In this document: in pieces, positions 12,847 to 23,500 of the stretch | Numbering within the stretch: position 1 is the stretch's first letter | How the letters are laid out: every line of letters starts with the position of its first letter | Assembly: GCA_017499595.2 (NCBI GenBank) | Contig: CM039007.1 | Span: forward strand, 2,852,001 to 2,916,000 | Direction of reading: 5' to 3' | Length of the DNA: 64,000 nt | DNA from: Psilocybe cubensis | Lineage: Eukaryota | Notes under the pieces: generated by a model | What the model was told of the DNA's origin: nothing | Seen by the model: only the letters and a program-made list of their open reading frames with translations | Databases searched by the model: none | Made by a program: the position numbers and the translations under genes

Positions 12847-13821
12847 TTAATCTTGGGACATAGTATTGCTATTGTGGACTGTGTCCTCATTTAAGCGCAT
12901 ACGTGCCATCCTCTGTTGCGTGTCTTCAATGTCAATCTGACCTTTGTACAGCTGCCTCTTTGTCCTACACAAAACAGCAACCTGTCTTTTCACTGGAGTA
13001 TAGCGCGACCGCATTCTGAGAATATCAGCTTTCTGTTGGAAGTTATGAATGGCTATGAGACTGTTCAATGTAACATTGCTTACCTCTCTTGCCTCCTGGT
13101 CCAAGACAAGTATTCCGCGAAGAGCGACAACAAATTTGTACTTGTTTCCTTGGGCAGGAAATGCAACAAAGGCAACACTGATCTTGACAATGTCTCCAAT
13201 TTGTATGGAGGCAGGATTATAAGAATAATATCTGTTGCAACATGATATTAGTTTGGTTGTGATGTGTTGTTGGTATTTTCTAAACATACCTGGCTGTTCC
13301 GTCAGGAAGTATCTCCCGACGAAGAAACTGTACCTTGTTATCGATTGCGTGGATGAAACTGTCCCCTACCATGGACGCCAACACGTTATCAGGGTCGACC
13401 AGGGGATGAAAACCTATGTTGTCAGATTTGTCTTGATATGCGGATACCTTCGTGAAATATTGGCTATGCGCATGGAAAACATTAAAACCCGTGTCTTTGT
13501 GAAGAACTGGGTCATAGCCGCTGACGCTGTCCGCGGGAAAATTGTTTGCAAAATGGAGGAAAACTTCTTCTAGCTTTTCCATCACCTTATTGAACACAAT
13601 GTCTCCGAGTCCCATGATAGCAATGGCGGTACGTAAATATGGTTGTTGCTTGACCGTTCTGTCGCAGCTGTAACAGTCCTCATTTGTAATTAATTCACCT
13701 CAATGGAGTGGACGTACGAAGCAGGCTTTGCCATTGGTGGTAGCATCTTGTCGCTAACTATGCCTTGGAGTCTGAATATCACTTCGTCCATTGCACCGAT
13801 ATCCACATCAAAGTTGGACAT
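12847..13821 (-). CDS. Cargo gene of unknown function (possible OB-fold ssDNA-binding-like protein), multi-exon
   Basis: Spliced MSNFDVDIGAMDEVIFRLQG...DNKVQF...YNPASIQIGDIVKISVAFVAFP...FVVALRGILVLD. Near-identical copy at 62644-63618. The fold call is only an inference. Confidence 0.7.
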
Positions 13822-14409
13822 ATTTATATTATATTATATATATATTATATTATTACAAAGCGTGACGCTGAATCGTAAAGACACGTCATGCCACGCTCCG
13901 CGGTGGCCCACTAAAACAAGTCTTGTTTCTTCTTTGGCTGGGCGCCTCTTTAAATTGCATCTGAATCTCACTCACTTTCTTGAGGGTCTGATACCTTTCT
14001 GATGTCATATAGGTGTATATACCTGGTACAATTGAGAGGGCAGTAAGGTTGCACTCAGCCCAGCTGAATATCCTCGGATGAATATCCAACCAACATGACA
14101 ACTGAAAGTATTTAAAGCTGATCGAAAGAAGTGCACAGTCTATTTTCGACCTTCTTTCAACCATGCTTATGGGTACATATGATTTCCGGTTCGTGTGGCT
14201 GTGGAACGTTGATCGGTGCGAAGCTCTTGTGTATCTCTCAGTGTAACGCTGGCACGTATCAGCTAGCGCGATGTTTGCAGGGAAGGACTTAAGGTGTTTT
14301 GCCCACAAGACAAGTCGATCCGCCCAGGCCGCGATACTACCGAATAGTCAGGTGGTTGTGGAGAGTATGCTTATCTCTGCGTTCAATATTGTAAAAGATA
14401 TTCGGGTCA

Positions 14410-15442
14410 TTACTGGAGGGGATAAACAATATCGACCTCCCCATTGCTTGCACCATCTACAACCACCTGGGCCCCAAATCCACCCTCGCCAACATTCGCC
14501 ACCCAGTGCAAATCCGGCCGCCGACCGTTGTTATCTATAACCTGGATCCCATGCATCTGTGTTCGTCCTTGCGGGAGTTCTACCGCCCGTGTGACGTTAT
14601 ATATCTCGAGCACCTCCCAGGCAGATGAGAGTGGGTCAGGCGACGAGATACTCAGGGCAGACGACGGGATGCCTGCGAATAGGGAGGTGTAGCTGTAGAC
14701 CTTGTCGCCCGCTGAAGATGGAGAATTGACTCTATCCAGCGTAAGAATTCCCTCCAGCACTTGCCCCGACTCGACGCGCACCAGTGGCGTGAAGAAGGAC
14801 GTGCCATTGGCGACGTACCACGACGCGACGGACCAGAACGCGCCTCCACCCGCCGCGCTCGTGCCGTACTGCAGCACCGGCTGAAGGATGCGCGAAACGC
14901 CTGCCACTGCAGGCTGAAGCGCGTTGAACAGAAAAATAGTTTGAAGGTGCGACGTATTGGTCATCGCAGGTGATGGAGGGACTGTCCATGTGGTAGTGAA
15001 GAGAGCGAGAGGTGTGGCGTCGGGCATGGTGTTGCTCCAGAAAAAATAGGCTGCGTAGCCATCGGAGATACCCTCATTATCGTCTGTAAGTAATCGGTTT
15101 AAGAGACCGTTCCGGTTCGAGGTTGCTTGATTAAATGGGACCAAATGATTTACTGTAATACCATCCGCTGATACGACGGTTATGGTGGAATTGAGATGTT
15201 CTATATGTGCGCCTGGAGTGACCTGGTGTGTCTTCGACTTTGATAAAGGTCCAGAAGGCGTGTAGACGACAGTGTCATTGTCATCTGCGCGTTGGAATGC
15301 CTAGCATCACGTTTATCAGAGTAATCCATGTCAAATTTGGTTTTGAGAGCCTTACAGATTTGCTAGTGAGAGATGCGAGTGCGCGAGTCACTTGTAAAGT
15401 ACAGACACACAAGGTGACAATCTGGTTTGTCGAGGATAGCAT
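14410..15442 (-). CDS. Secreted protein, paralogue 3 (no CBM1)
   Basis: ATG 15442 MLSSTNQIVTLCVCTLQVTRALA; intron ~15301-15355; YTPSG propeptide; core TTWTVP, ILQPVLQYG, AGGG.FWSVASW, WEVLE.Y; C-terminus VDIVYPLQ like paralogue 1. Confidence 0.82.
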
Positions 15443-15908
15443 ATGTTTCCGTACCGCATCACAAGGCCCCTCTATATATGCTGGGGTCAACCTGTATGAT
15501 GAATACTAGCCCATGCAGAATATCAATCATCAGATATGACCAAGAAGATAGTGTAGGCCAGTATCAGCCGTCTTGAGAAAGTTAAACCCTCTGTCAGCCT
15601 ATTAGTTTGATTCCTATCTCGGGAGTCTACTGCCTACAGCCTGCACTGGAGGGGATGGAAGTCCGAAAATAAGCTGAACATTGACTAATCATGGATAAAA
15701 ATCAAGCGAAACTATAGTTACTGAGATGTGAAGTAAACGATTCTTGTGTGTACCGACACCGTAAAAGGAACCCTTTTGTCCTTTCAAAACCACTTGTCAC
15801 TTGTCATTTAACACTTGATTATAACTATGACCGGCAATGTTTTATGCAGTTGTAGGAAGTAATGGGTTGGGATGTCATTCAGTTTCGTTATTAAATATTC
15901 ACGGGCGC

Positions 15909-17345
15909 TCACAGTGAAGAGCCGTGTTCCAACAATCTGTAAAAATCTGCGACGAGGTACAAACTGCCAGCGAGCACCACCAATCCCTCTCCACCGCGCT
16001 TTGCTTGTTTCTCAGCTGCCCATTCTAGCGCGCGCTTCAACCCTTCATTTTCCGATGACAACCACACATCACCCTCGCCCAGCTCTGGAACAAGCGCCTG
16101 CACAGTCTCACGCATCGTCGAGAGGGCTACAGGTTTGACCCATGGCATGCCTTCCGGCGGGGAGAACGGGAGCAGCGCAACAGATATATGTGGCACTAAA
16201 CTTGATGTCCCAGGAAACGGTGGCAAGATGGGCGAGAGCGTTTGCAGAGGTGTTTTGGGAGGCGAATGAGAGAGACTGAGGATGTATGTTATGTGGATTG
16301 GAGTTGTAGTGGTATTTTCGAGGAGAGAGGTAATGTATTCACCCAGAGTTTTGGCTGATGCGGGGTTGTGTGCGCCGTCTGCGAGCACGAGGAGGTCGAG
16401 AGGTGAAGGCCCTGGGACAGAGATAGAGTGGAACGAGAGTCGACCGCGCCATTTGACTTTTGCGATACCTGCAGATATGGACGCTGGTGTGATGCGTTCT
16501 CGGAGCCTAAGCACATCTGTATCGGGGTAGTTAAATGTGAGGAGAGCATCGATGACACCAAGCGCAGTGCCTAGGTTGTCGAGCTGGTGCGCGCCTTGAA
16601 GTGGGAACTGGGCTTCGATTGCCTCAGGGAAAGCTTGTAATTGAAATTTGACAATGCGTGGTGGCGGCCCTGTCTTTGAGGCATCGTTAAACGGCGACCA
16701 TGTACCTGAATCGACGGTTGACACGTCAACGCTTCTCAGCAACGTCCCCCCAGCCTCACGCACGACCTCTTCCACAACGCCTTGGACCTCTCCATGCTGC
16801 TGCCGTCCCAAGATAAATGGTCTCCCATTACGTGCAATTCCAGCCTTCTCCCGAGCAATGAGTGCAACTGTATCGCCCAAAAATGCCTGGTGGTCAAGAT
16901 CGACCGCGGCGAGGGCCGACGCACGAATACACGCAGTAGGCACGATGTTTGTCGCATCACGGAGCCCGCCCATGCCGACTTCCAGAACGACCACATCGAC
17001 GTGGGCAGTTTCAAAAATGCGCAGCGCTGTCATCGCAAGGAGCTCGAAGGAAGTCAGTCGGGTGCCCTGTTCGCGGTCGTGCGCCTCGACGTCCGTCCGT
17101 GTCTCTGTGTAGACCTTGATATCGATAGCAACATCATCTATGGTGATACTGTCGAGTACAGAGACGAGATGGGGGCTGTTGAATCGCCCGATACGGAGCG
17201 GGGAGGAAGATGTGAGGAGAATAGATGTGAGCAGGGCGGAGACACTGCCTTTGCCATTGGTGCCAGCGATGTGCAGCGTTGGGCGGGTGTATGGGAGGAA
17301 TGGTAAGAGAGATTTGAGGCGGTCGAGCGATAAATCGATGGACAT
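15909..17345 (-). CDS. Dihydrofolate synthase / folylpolyglutamate synthase (FolC family, FOL3-like), intronless
   Basis: HIAGTNGKGS P-loop, FNSPHL, LTSFE, LEVGMGG.RDATN, DLDHQAFLG, WRGRL, DGAHNP, AGSLYLV. First ATG gives MSIDLSLDRL. Confidence 0.93.
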   Translation of the reverse strand: MSIDLSLDRLKSLLPFLPYTRPTLHIAGTNGKGSVSALLTSILLTSSSPLRIGRFNSPHLVSVLDSITIDDVAIDIKVYTETRTDVEAHDREQGTRLTSFELLAMTALRIFETAHVDVVVLEVGMGGLRDATNIVPTACIRASALAAVDLDHQAFLGDTVALIAREKAGIARNGRPFILGRQQHGEVQGVVEEVVREAGGTLLRSVDVSTVDSGTWSPFNDASKTGPPPRIVKFQLQAFPEAIEAQFPLQGAHQLDNLGTALGVIDALLTFNYPDTDVLRLRERITPASISAGIAKVKWRGRLSFHSISVPGPSPLDLLVLADGAHNPASAKTLGEYITSLLENTTTTPIHITYILSLSHSPPKTPLQTLSPILPPFPGTSSLVPHISVALLPFSPPEGMPWVKPVALSTMRETVQALVPELGEGDVWLSSENEGLKRALEWAAEKQAKRGGEGLVVLAGSLYLVADFYRLLEHGSSL

Positions 17346-18412
17346 TGCTTGGGAATTGGAGTTGGAGTTGGACGAATTAGACGAGCTTAAATGGTTATCG
17401 ATGAGTGTGGGGATCAAAGTTTATACTATGCCATATCGGAAAGAACTTTGGCTAAATGACATCAGTTAACATCCCGTCGAGAATTGGAAGTCACTTTATG
17501 TCCCAAGTAAAGGTGGTTTAACGCTGACCACTGGAATTGTTGGTCGCACCATTGACGCACAAGTTCATGTTATCATCGGCAAAAGTGACAAGATCCCCAA
17601 ATGCCTTTTGTGCCTTTTTAAGCAGGTCAATGTTTTGCGTGACATGCTAAGTCACACAAAAACATTTTACTAAAATTTGGAGGTGCATAAAACATTTGGA
17701 GAGCATTTGAATGCTCCACAAACATTTATGCACCTCAAAGTTCAGTACAAAATATTCCATGTATTTACATTTATCTCTTAATGATTTGTTGGCCATAAAA
17801 CTTGCAGGGAACAATTGATTAAAAATAAAAACAAAGAATAAAACATTGAGTTTAACTTCTTATTGACACAGATGATTAAAGGGCTTCAAATATGTTCAAA
17901 ATGATTTAGGTAGGAGAAATTTTACTGACCACACGTAATACCTATGACGCTGGCAGGTTGTTTCCAATACGACACCATTGTCATAAGAATTACATGTACG
18001 TGAGAAATTTGACTTCAAGAAATACACATTAGAGAGGCCGTCTCCCCTGACAAATTAAATCGGAGACTGAATATCCGTTTTGAGCATAATAATCTGAGAC
18101 ACGCCCAAGTCGCTTTCTTTCTACCCTCTCATTTCCACCACTCTGACGACGGCGCTCTCTGGCTTCACTCAACACTGCAATGCCTCTTTCTTGGTACTTT
18201 GAGACTGGTATAGAGCTGAAAAGGTAAAAGACATGCTCTTTTTTCATCACACAAACCTAACTGACTGTTTTATACCTATTTATGGCTTGTTCTGTTGATA
18301 ACCAACGATCTACCCCGATGACGTCACACCACCTTTATCATTTTTCCCCTCATTCCTAAACAACCACCTTTATACTCGTCTACGTAGAATAACTCTTTGT
18401 ACAATGGGGAGG

Positions 18413-18449
18413 TATATAGTACCGACCCACTTCGATGCAGAACCTCAGT
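18413..18449 (+). promoter_or_regulatory. Putative LTR promoter: TATATA box plus initiator-like TCAGT
   Basis: TATATA at 18413-18418 and TCAGT at 18445-18449, ~30 bp apart; the initiator coincides with the start of the LTR internal repeat. Confidence 0.55.
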
Positions 18450-18808
18450 CTCTATCATATAGAACTGAGGTATGCATGTCTTCACTTTCACATCTTATTC
18501 ACTACCTAATGTACCGTACAGTTTATTTCCCCTCTCTAGGTACATTGTCATGTAATTGAGTCTCTATCATATAGAACTGAGTTTATTTCCCCTCTCTAGG
18601 GTCTTGATTTCCTACAGGTTATGGGCCTTTCTTGTCACAATTAAAGTGGCACGAATCTTGACCCTATTACGATCTAATCTTATCAGCGCGCCCTTATCAG
18701 CGCGCCTTTTGATCCCTTTCATTGGAATACTCCCCGCATATTACTGGCTGCGGACTCCCATTCCTCTTCATAAGGCTACTCTAACTATCCTATACACTTC
18801 CTACTACC

Positions 18809-21800
18809 ATGGGTGACGGCACAACTCCCACTATTGACCCCAACGATGCTACCAGGCCTTCTGTGTCTGAAAAACACATCACGGCCACATACAAAGGCGA
18901 CCCACTTGACAAGAACGTTGGGAACTGGAAAACGTGGAGTCGCACCATAAAGGACGACTTAACCATCCACGGCTTTGGTGCCCATATCAATCGCAAGCTT
19001 TGCAAGTCCCCCGATCCCTCTGTGTACCCCATCGCCCATCGTAACTGGGTATACAATGACCAAGTTGCCAAGAGTTATATTTGCCGCTACTGCGTCGACT
19101 TCGAACGCGAGAAAATCGATCACTTGGAGACCGCACTCGAGTGCTGGGAGACCCTGGAGAAGTACCATCTAGACGAGGGCCCCATCAAACAAGTGTCTTT
19201 GATTCAGAAGGCGCTCACCTCACGGATTCCACGAGATAGCACGATGGTGGAGAAGGCGCGCGAGATCCGTGAGCAGATCAAACGCGCGTTCCAGATTCCT
19301 GGGGGTGTTACCGAAGATGTACTCACCGTCATCGCGATTCTCCACGCTCTCGACGACGGCCATGACCACACGCGTCTCCTTATACAAACTCAGATGCAGT
19401 CCGCCACAAAGGAACGTCCTTACCGATACGAGGATATTGTCCTGGTTCTTGAACGCGAGGTCCAATTGATACTCGGCGCAGAACAGCGAAACACCCTAGC
19501 GGATAGCCCCCTCGCACTCGCTGCCCAGACGAAGGGAAAAGGGAAATCCGCCATTACTTGCTCGAACTGTGCGCGTTCGGGGCATACAATTGAATGGTGT
19601 ATCAAGGGACCGAATGGCGGGATGAAAGGAAAGACCATAGCTGAGGTTCGCGCTGCACGTGCCGAGAAAAATGGTCAGACCTCGTCTCGTACAAACGCTT
19701 CTTCAAAACCGCCTACATATTCGTTTAAGGATGCATCTGGCAAGGCTCTCTTTACCATCCAGGTCGATCCCTCTCCACCCGATGCAACACCCAATACAAC
19801 TGAATTTGCAGGGCTCGCATCCATCACTCCTGAACAATTTGTCCAACTCGAGCAACGTGCGACAGATCGCCTGGCTGAGGAGGAGTCTATTGAGTATGAA
19901 GGGTGGATGGCAAAGGTCGAGGAGCTTACCGAAATAGACACACCAACGACAAGCCTCGATTGGAATGCTCACTCACGCGTCTTCGATACGGCAAAAATCG
20001 CCACTTCCCCACTTAATACACCAGATTCTACTCCAATAAAGAACATAGAGGAACTCCCCTTTTACCTCGATTCGGGTGCCAGTACCCACATATCCCCAGA
20101 GGCTACTGACTTCAAAACTCTACGTCCCATTTCTTTGAGATCCGTCAAAGGTGTTGGCGGCTCATCCATCAATGCCCACGGCGTAGGCGATATCTCGTTA
20201 CGGCTCCCAAATGACATATCCATTCAGCTGAAGGATGTACTTTACATTCCGCAGTCAGCCGCTCGTCTCATATCCGTGAGCAAGCTGGCCCGCCATTCTA
20301 AAACCCGCTCTGCCTTTGACGATGAAGGATGTATAATCCAATCAAAGTTAACAGGCGCCACCATTGCTACCGGAACACTTCTTAACTCCAATTTATATTC
20401 CCTCGATCTCTACAAACCCGAAGCCGACCATATATTCGTTGCATCACATGAACCAGATTTGGAAACATGGCATCGCCGTCTCGGCCATCCCAATTACCAA
20501 ACTCTCGTTGACATGGCACGAAAGGGTCTGGTAGAAGGTATGTCCCTACCCGATGCACTTCCTAAGAAATGCAACTCATGCATACTTGGCAAACAGACGA
20601 AAACACCTGTTCCAAAGAAGCGTGAGGAAGGGGAAGGACATAGAGCTACGGAAATATTGGATAAAGTTCTGGCAGACTTAAGTGGTAAACACGATGTAAA
20701 ATCTAAGAGTGGCAATGAATATGTAATGGACATTATGGATGACTGTGCGAGTTTTACATGGGGTATCCCTCTACCCGATAAGGGGGCTGCAGACGATAAC
20801 CTAATCGCATGGGAGATTGCCCGAGAACGTGAATTTGGGAAACGCGTTGGGACCTACTACATCGACAATGGCGAGCTGAAAACTAAGAAGTTCTTAGCGT
20901 GGACACGATCGCGTGGAACTCGAGTTGTATTCACTGCCCCATATACTTCTGCCCACAACGGACGTGTGGAACGGCTCCATCGTACAATCATGAACAAAGC
21001 CCGCACAATGCGCATCTACGCGGGCTGTCCACCGTCACTCTGGGACGAATTCTATCTCACAGGGATCCACCTACAAAATAGGACAATCACCCGATCTATT
21101 GATTCTGTTACGCCATACCAAATATTATACAAACGGGCGCCAGACTACTCTTACATGCGGGAAATTGGATGTCGGGCCTTTGTCCTTATCCAACCAGTAA
21201 AGTCCAATCCAAAAATTTATGCTCGCTCAATTGAATGTGTACTGATTGGATACGAGCCTAACGCTAAAGCATATCGGTGCTATCATTCTACAACTAAAAG
21301 AGTTGTTCGCTTCCTCGAAAGTCACGAGGGCCACTCGCGATCCATCACTGATAACCCATCTCCAACCTCACCCACAACCCTTCCTGAAATCCTTGCTTCG
21401 TCGACACCGGAATCCAATAACCTCAACGAAGACATAGAGGAATTTCTAACAGGCGCTCCACCAGAGGAAGATGTGCTGACTCCACCAAAACAACAACACA
21501 ACATTCAACCTGTCCCTGATGCACCAGCGCCTATCTATCGCAACCCTGACATCAAACCAGCGGATCAGAGGCGTACGTCATCCCGGATCGCTCATGCGAA
21601 TGGCGATGACGCCAAGAAACGATCAAGATTGGAAAGAGCATTAGAAGAGGTTCGAGAGTCTGCGGAAAGGCGGAGGGAATACCTGGATGAGTTGAAGAGG
21701 AGGAGAGAGGAGAAGAAGAGGACGCTGGTGGATGTTGTTGAGGAGGAGAAGCGAAATGATCCCCAGGTGGTTAAGAAAGAGGCGGTGGCGGAGATTAAGG

Positions 21801-23500
21801 AAACGTTGGCCCAGGCGTCGAACGATATTGCCGCAGTCGGTATTACAGACCATCTTGTCGAACGGGTTCTATCCGCAATCGCGGAAACAAGCAGCATTGA
21901 CCCGCGAACTCTTGGTGATGAAGACGAGCCCAAGAACTATGCCGAGGCAAAACAGTCACCAGACGCCGACAAGTGGGAAGCCGCTTTTCGCGATGAAGTC
22001 AGATCGCTGAAGGACATGAAAGTTTTCCGCCTGATTCCACGCTCTCAAGTCCCGATAGGATCCAGAATCCGAAAGGGACGTCCAATATTCACTCGAAAGC
22101 GAAACGAACATGGGGTTACAGTCCGCTTCAAAGTGCGCATCGTCTTCAAGGGCTATGAACAAATTTACGGACAAGACTACACTAAAACAACGTCACCAAC
22201 TGCTAGAACCTCTACCTGGCGACTCCTTTTCCATATCGCCGCTGTCAAGGGATGGGATGCACAACAAATTGACATAAAAACCGCTTTCCTTCACGGAATA
22301 CTGCCTGAAGACGAGGTGCAATACATGGAGCAACCGGAGGGATGTGTGGAAGAGGGAAAAGAGGATTATGTGTGGGTAATTGAGCGAGGGCTGTATGGTA
22401 TGAAGCAGGCAGGGCGGATATGGAACAAGACGCTAAACGAGGCGATGAAATCTTGGGGATTCGTACAACTAAAAAGTGAGTCGTGTATATATTTTCGACA
22501 CGATCAACACGGTACTGTCATCACCGGTGTACATGTCGACGACTTCCTCTCGATTGCGGATCCTCCCAGTGCCAATGATCACTTCAAAGCACAAATGAGG
22601 ACGAAATGGACTATCTCAGATTTGGGCGAACCAAAACACTGCATTGGAATTGCAGTATCTCGAAATCGTACCGAACATACCATTTCTCTCTCTCAAACCG
22701 CCCTCATCGACCGTATCATCCAGCAATTCGGACAAAGTGATTCATATCCCCTCAGCATACCATTTGATCCCGGTCTAAAACTTAGACGTCCTGACCCCAA
22801 AGACATTAATGCAGAGGAGAAGACACAGATTTCAAAACTGCCTTATCGTTCACTAGTCGGCTGCCTACTCTACCTCGCAGTAGGAACGCGCCCCGACATT
22901 TCATATGCGGTCCAACAGCTATCCCAATACCTAGACTCGTACTCTTATGCCCACTGGAACGCCGCTATTCGAGTTGTACGCTACCTCAAAGGCACCAGAG
23001 ACCTCAAACTCACACTGGGTGGCAAATACGATATCAAACTAATGGGTTTTACTGACTCTGACTGGGCTAACTGCTTGGACACGAGGAGGAGTGTTGGCGG
23101 CTACGCGTTTTCACTCGGATCAGGTCTCATTTCGTGGAGTTCGAAGAAACAGAAGACATTGGCTACGTCATCCACAGAGGCTGAATATACAGCAGCGTTT
23201 GAGGCTTCGAAGGAAGCAGTCTGGCTTCGAACACTACTCACAGAAATTTCATTATCACCAAAAGACGAAACTACCATCATGTGCGACAACAACGGAGCCA
23301 TCAGCCTATCCGAGGACCCCTCAAATCATTCAAAGGCAAAACACATCGACATACACTACCACTATCTCCGCGAAAAGGTCGAAGAAAAAGCAGTCACCCT
23401 GGCTTATGTGCACACATCAAACAACATAGCCGACTTATTCACAAAAGGCCTCGACAGGACAAAATTCACCCGTTTCAGAACTCTCATAGGCGTAGTATAA
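18809..23500 (+). CDS. Copia gag-pol polyprotein (Gag zinc knuckle, PR, IN, RT, RNase H)
   Basis: Single 1563-aa ORF: CSNCARSGHTIEWC, YLDSGAS, WHRRLGH...C..C, NGRVER, DIKTAFLHG, LYGMKQAG, HVDD, FTDSDWA, NIADLFTK; copia order with IN before RT. Confidence 0.97.
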   Translation: MGDGTTPTIDPNDATRPSVSEKHITATYKGDPLDKNVGNWKTWSRTIKDDLTIHGFGAHINRKLCKSPDPSVYPIAHRNWVYNDQVAKSYICRYCVDFEREKIDHLETALECWETLEKYHLDEGPIKQVSLIQKALTSRIPRDSTMVEKAREIREQIKRAFQIPGGVTEDVLTVIAILHALDDGHDHTRLLIQTQMQSATKERPYRYEDIVLVLEREVQLILGAEQRNTLADSPLALAAQTKGKGKSAITCSNCARSGHTIEWCIKGPNGGMKGKTIAEVRAARAEKNGQTSSRTNASSKPPTYSFKDASGKALFTIQVDPSPPDATPNTTEFAGLASITPEQFVQLEQRATDRLAEEESIEYEGWMAKVEELTEIDTPTTSLDWNAHSRVFDTAKIATSPLNTPDSTPIKNIEELPFYLDSGASTHISPEATDFKTLRPISLRSVKGVGGSSINAHGVGDISLRLPNDISIQLKDVLYIPQSAARLISVSKLARHSKTRSAFDDEGCIIQSKLTGATIATGTLLNSNLYSLDLYKPEADHIFVASHEPDLETWHRRLGHPNYQTLVDMARKGLVEGMSLPDALPKKCNSCILGKQTKTPVPKKREEGEGHRATEILDKVLADLSGKHDVKSKSGNEYVMDIMDDCASFTWGIPLPDKGAADDNLIAWEIAREREFGKRVGTYYIDNGELKTKKFLAWTRSRGTRVVFTAPYTSAHNGRVERLHRTIMNKARTMRIYAGCPPSLWDEFYLTGIHLQNRTITRSIDSVTPYQILYKRAPDYSYMREIGCRAFVLIQPVKSNPKIYARSIECVLIGYEPNAKAYRCYHSTTKRVVRFLESHEGHSRSITDNPSPTSPTTLPEILASSTPESNNLNEDIEEFLTGAPPEEDVLTPPKQQHNIQPVPDAPAPIYRNPDIKPADQRRTSSRIAHANGDDAKKRSRLERALEEVRESAERRREYLDELKRRREEKKRTLVDVVEEEKRNDPQVVKKEAVAEIKETLAQASNDIAAVGITDHLVERVLSAIAETSSIDPRTLGDEDEPKNYAEAKQSPDADKWEAAFRDEVRSLKDMKVFRLIPRSQVPIGSRIRKGRPIFTRKRNEHGVTVRFKVRIVFKGYEQIYGQDYTKTTSPTARTSTWRLLFHIAAVKGWDAQQIDIKTAFLHGILPEDEVQYMEQPEGCVEEGKEDYVWVIERGLYGMKQAGRIWNKTLNEAMKSWGFVQLKSESCIYFRHDQHGTVITGVHVDDFLSIADPPSANDHFKAQMRTKWTISDLGEPKHCIGIAVSRNRTEHTISLSQTALIDRIIQQFGQSDSYPLSIPFDPGLKLRRPDPKDINAEEKTQISKLPYRSLVGCLLYLAVGTRPDISYAVQQLSQYLDSYSYAHWNAAIRVVRYLKGTRDLKLTLGGKYDIKLMGFTDSDWANCLDTRRSVGGYAFSLGSGLISWSSKKQKTLATSSTEAEYTAAFEASKEAVWLRTLLTEISLSPKDETTIMCDNNGAISLSEDPSNHSKAKHIDIHYHYLREKVEEKAVTLAYVHTSNNIADLFTKGLDRTKFTRFRTLIGVV

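Larger units (their letters stand above)
8797..13920 (+). mobile_element. Non-autonomous Helitron-like element (outer) carrying two cargo genes
   Basis: Begins A|TTACGAG; ends with GC hairpin gccacgctccgcggtggc (13890-13907) then ctaaaaCAAG|T. Inserted between A and T, no TSD. Both ends are homologous to the nested element and the 3' end to the copy at 62545. Confidence 0.8.

Noticed and set aside
17346-17417. Longer FolC N-terminus given by the ORF track
   Set aside because: Starts at a non-ATG codon; the first ATG is at 17345.
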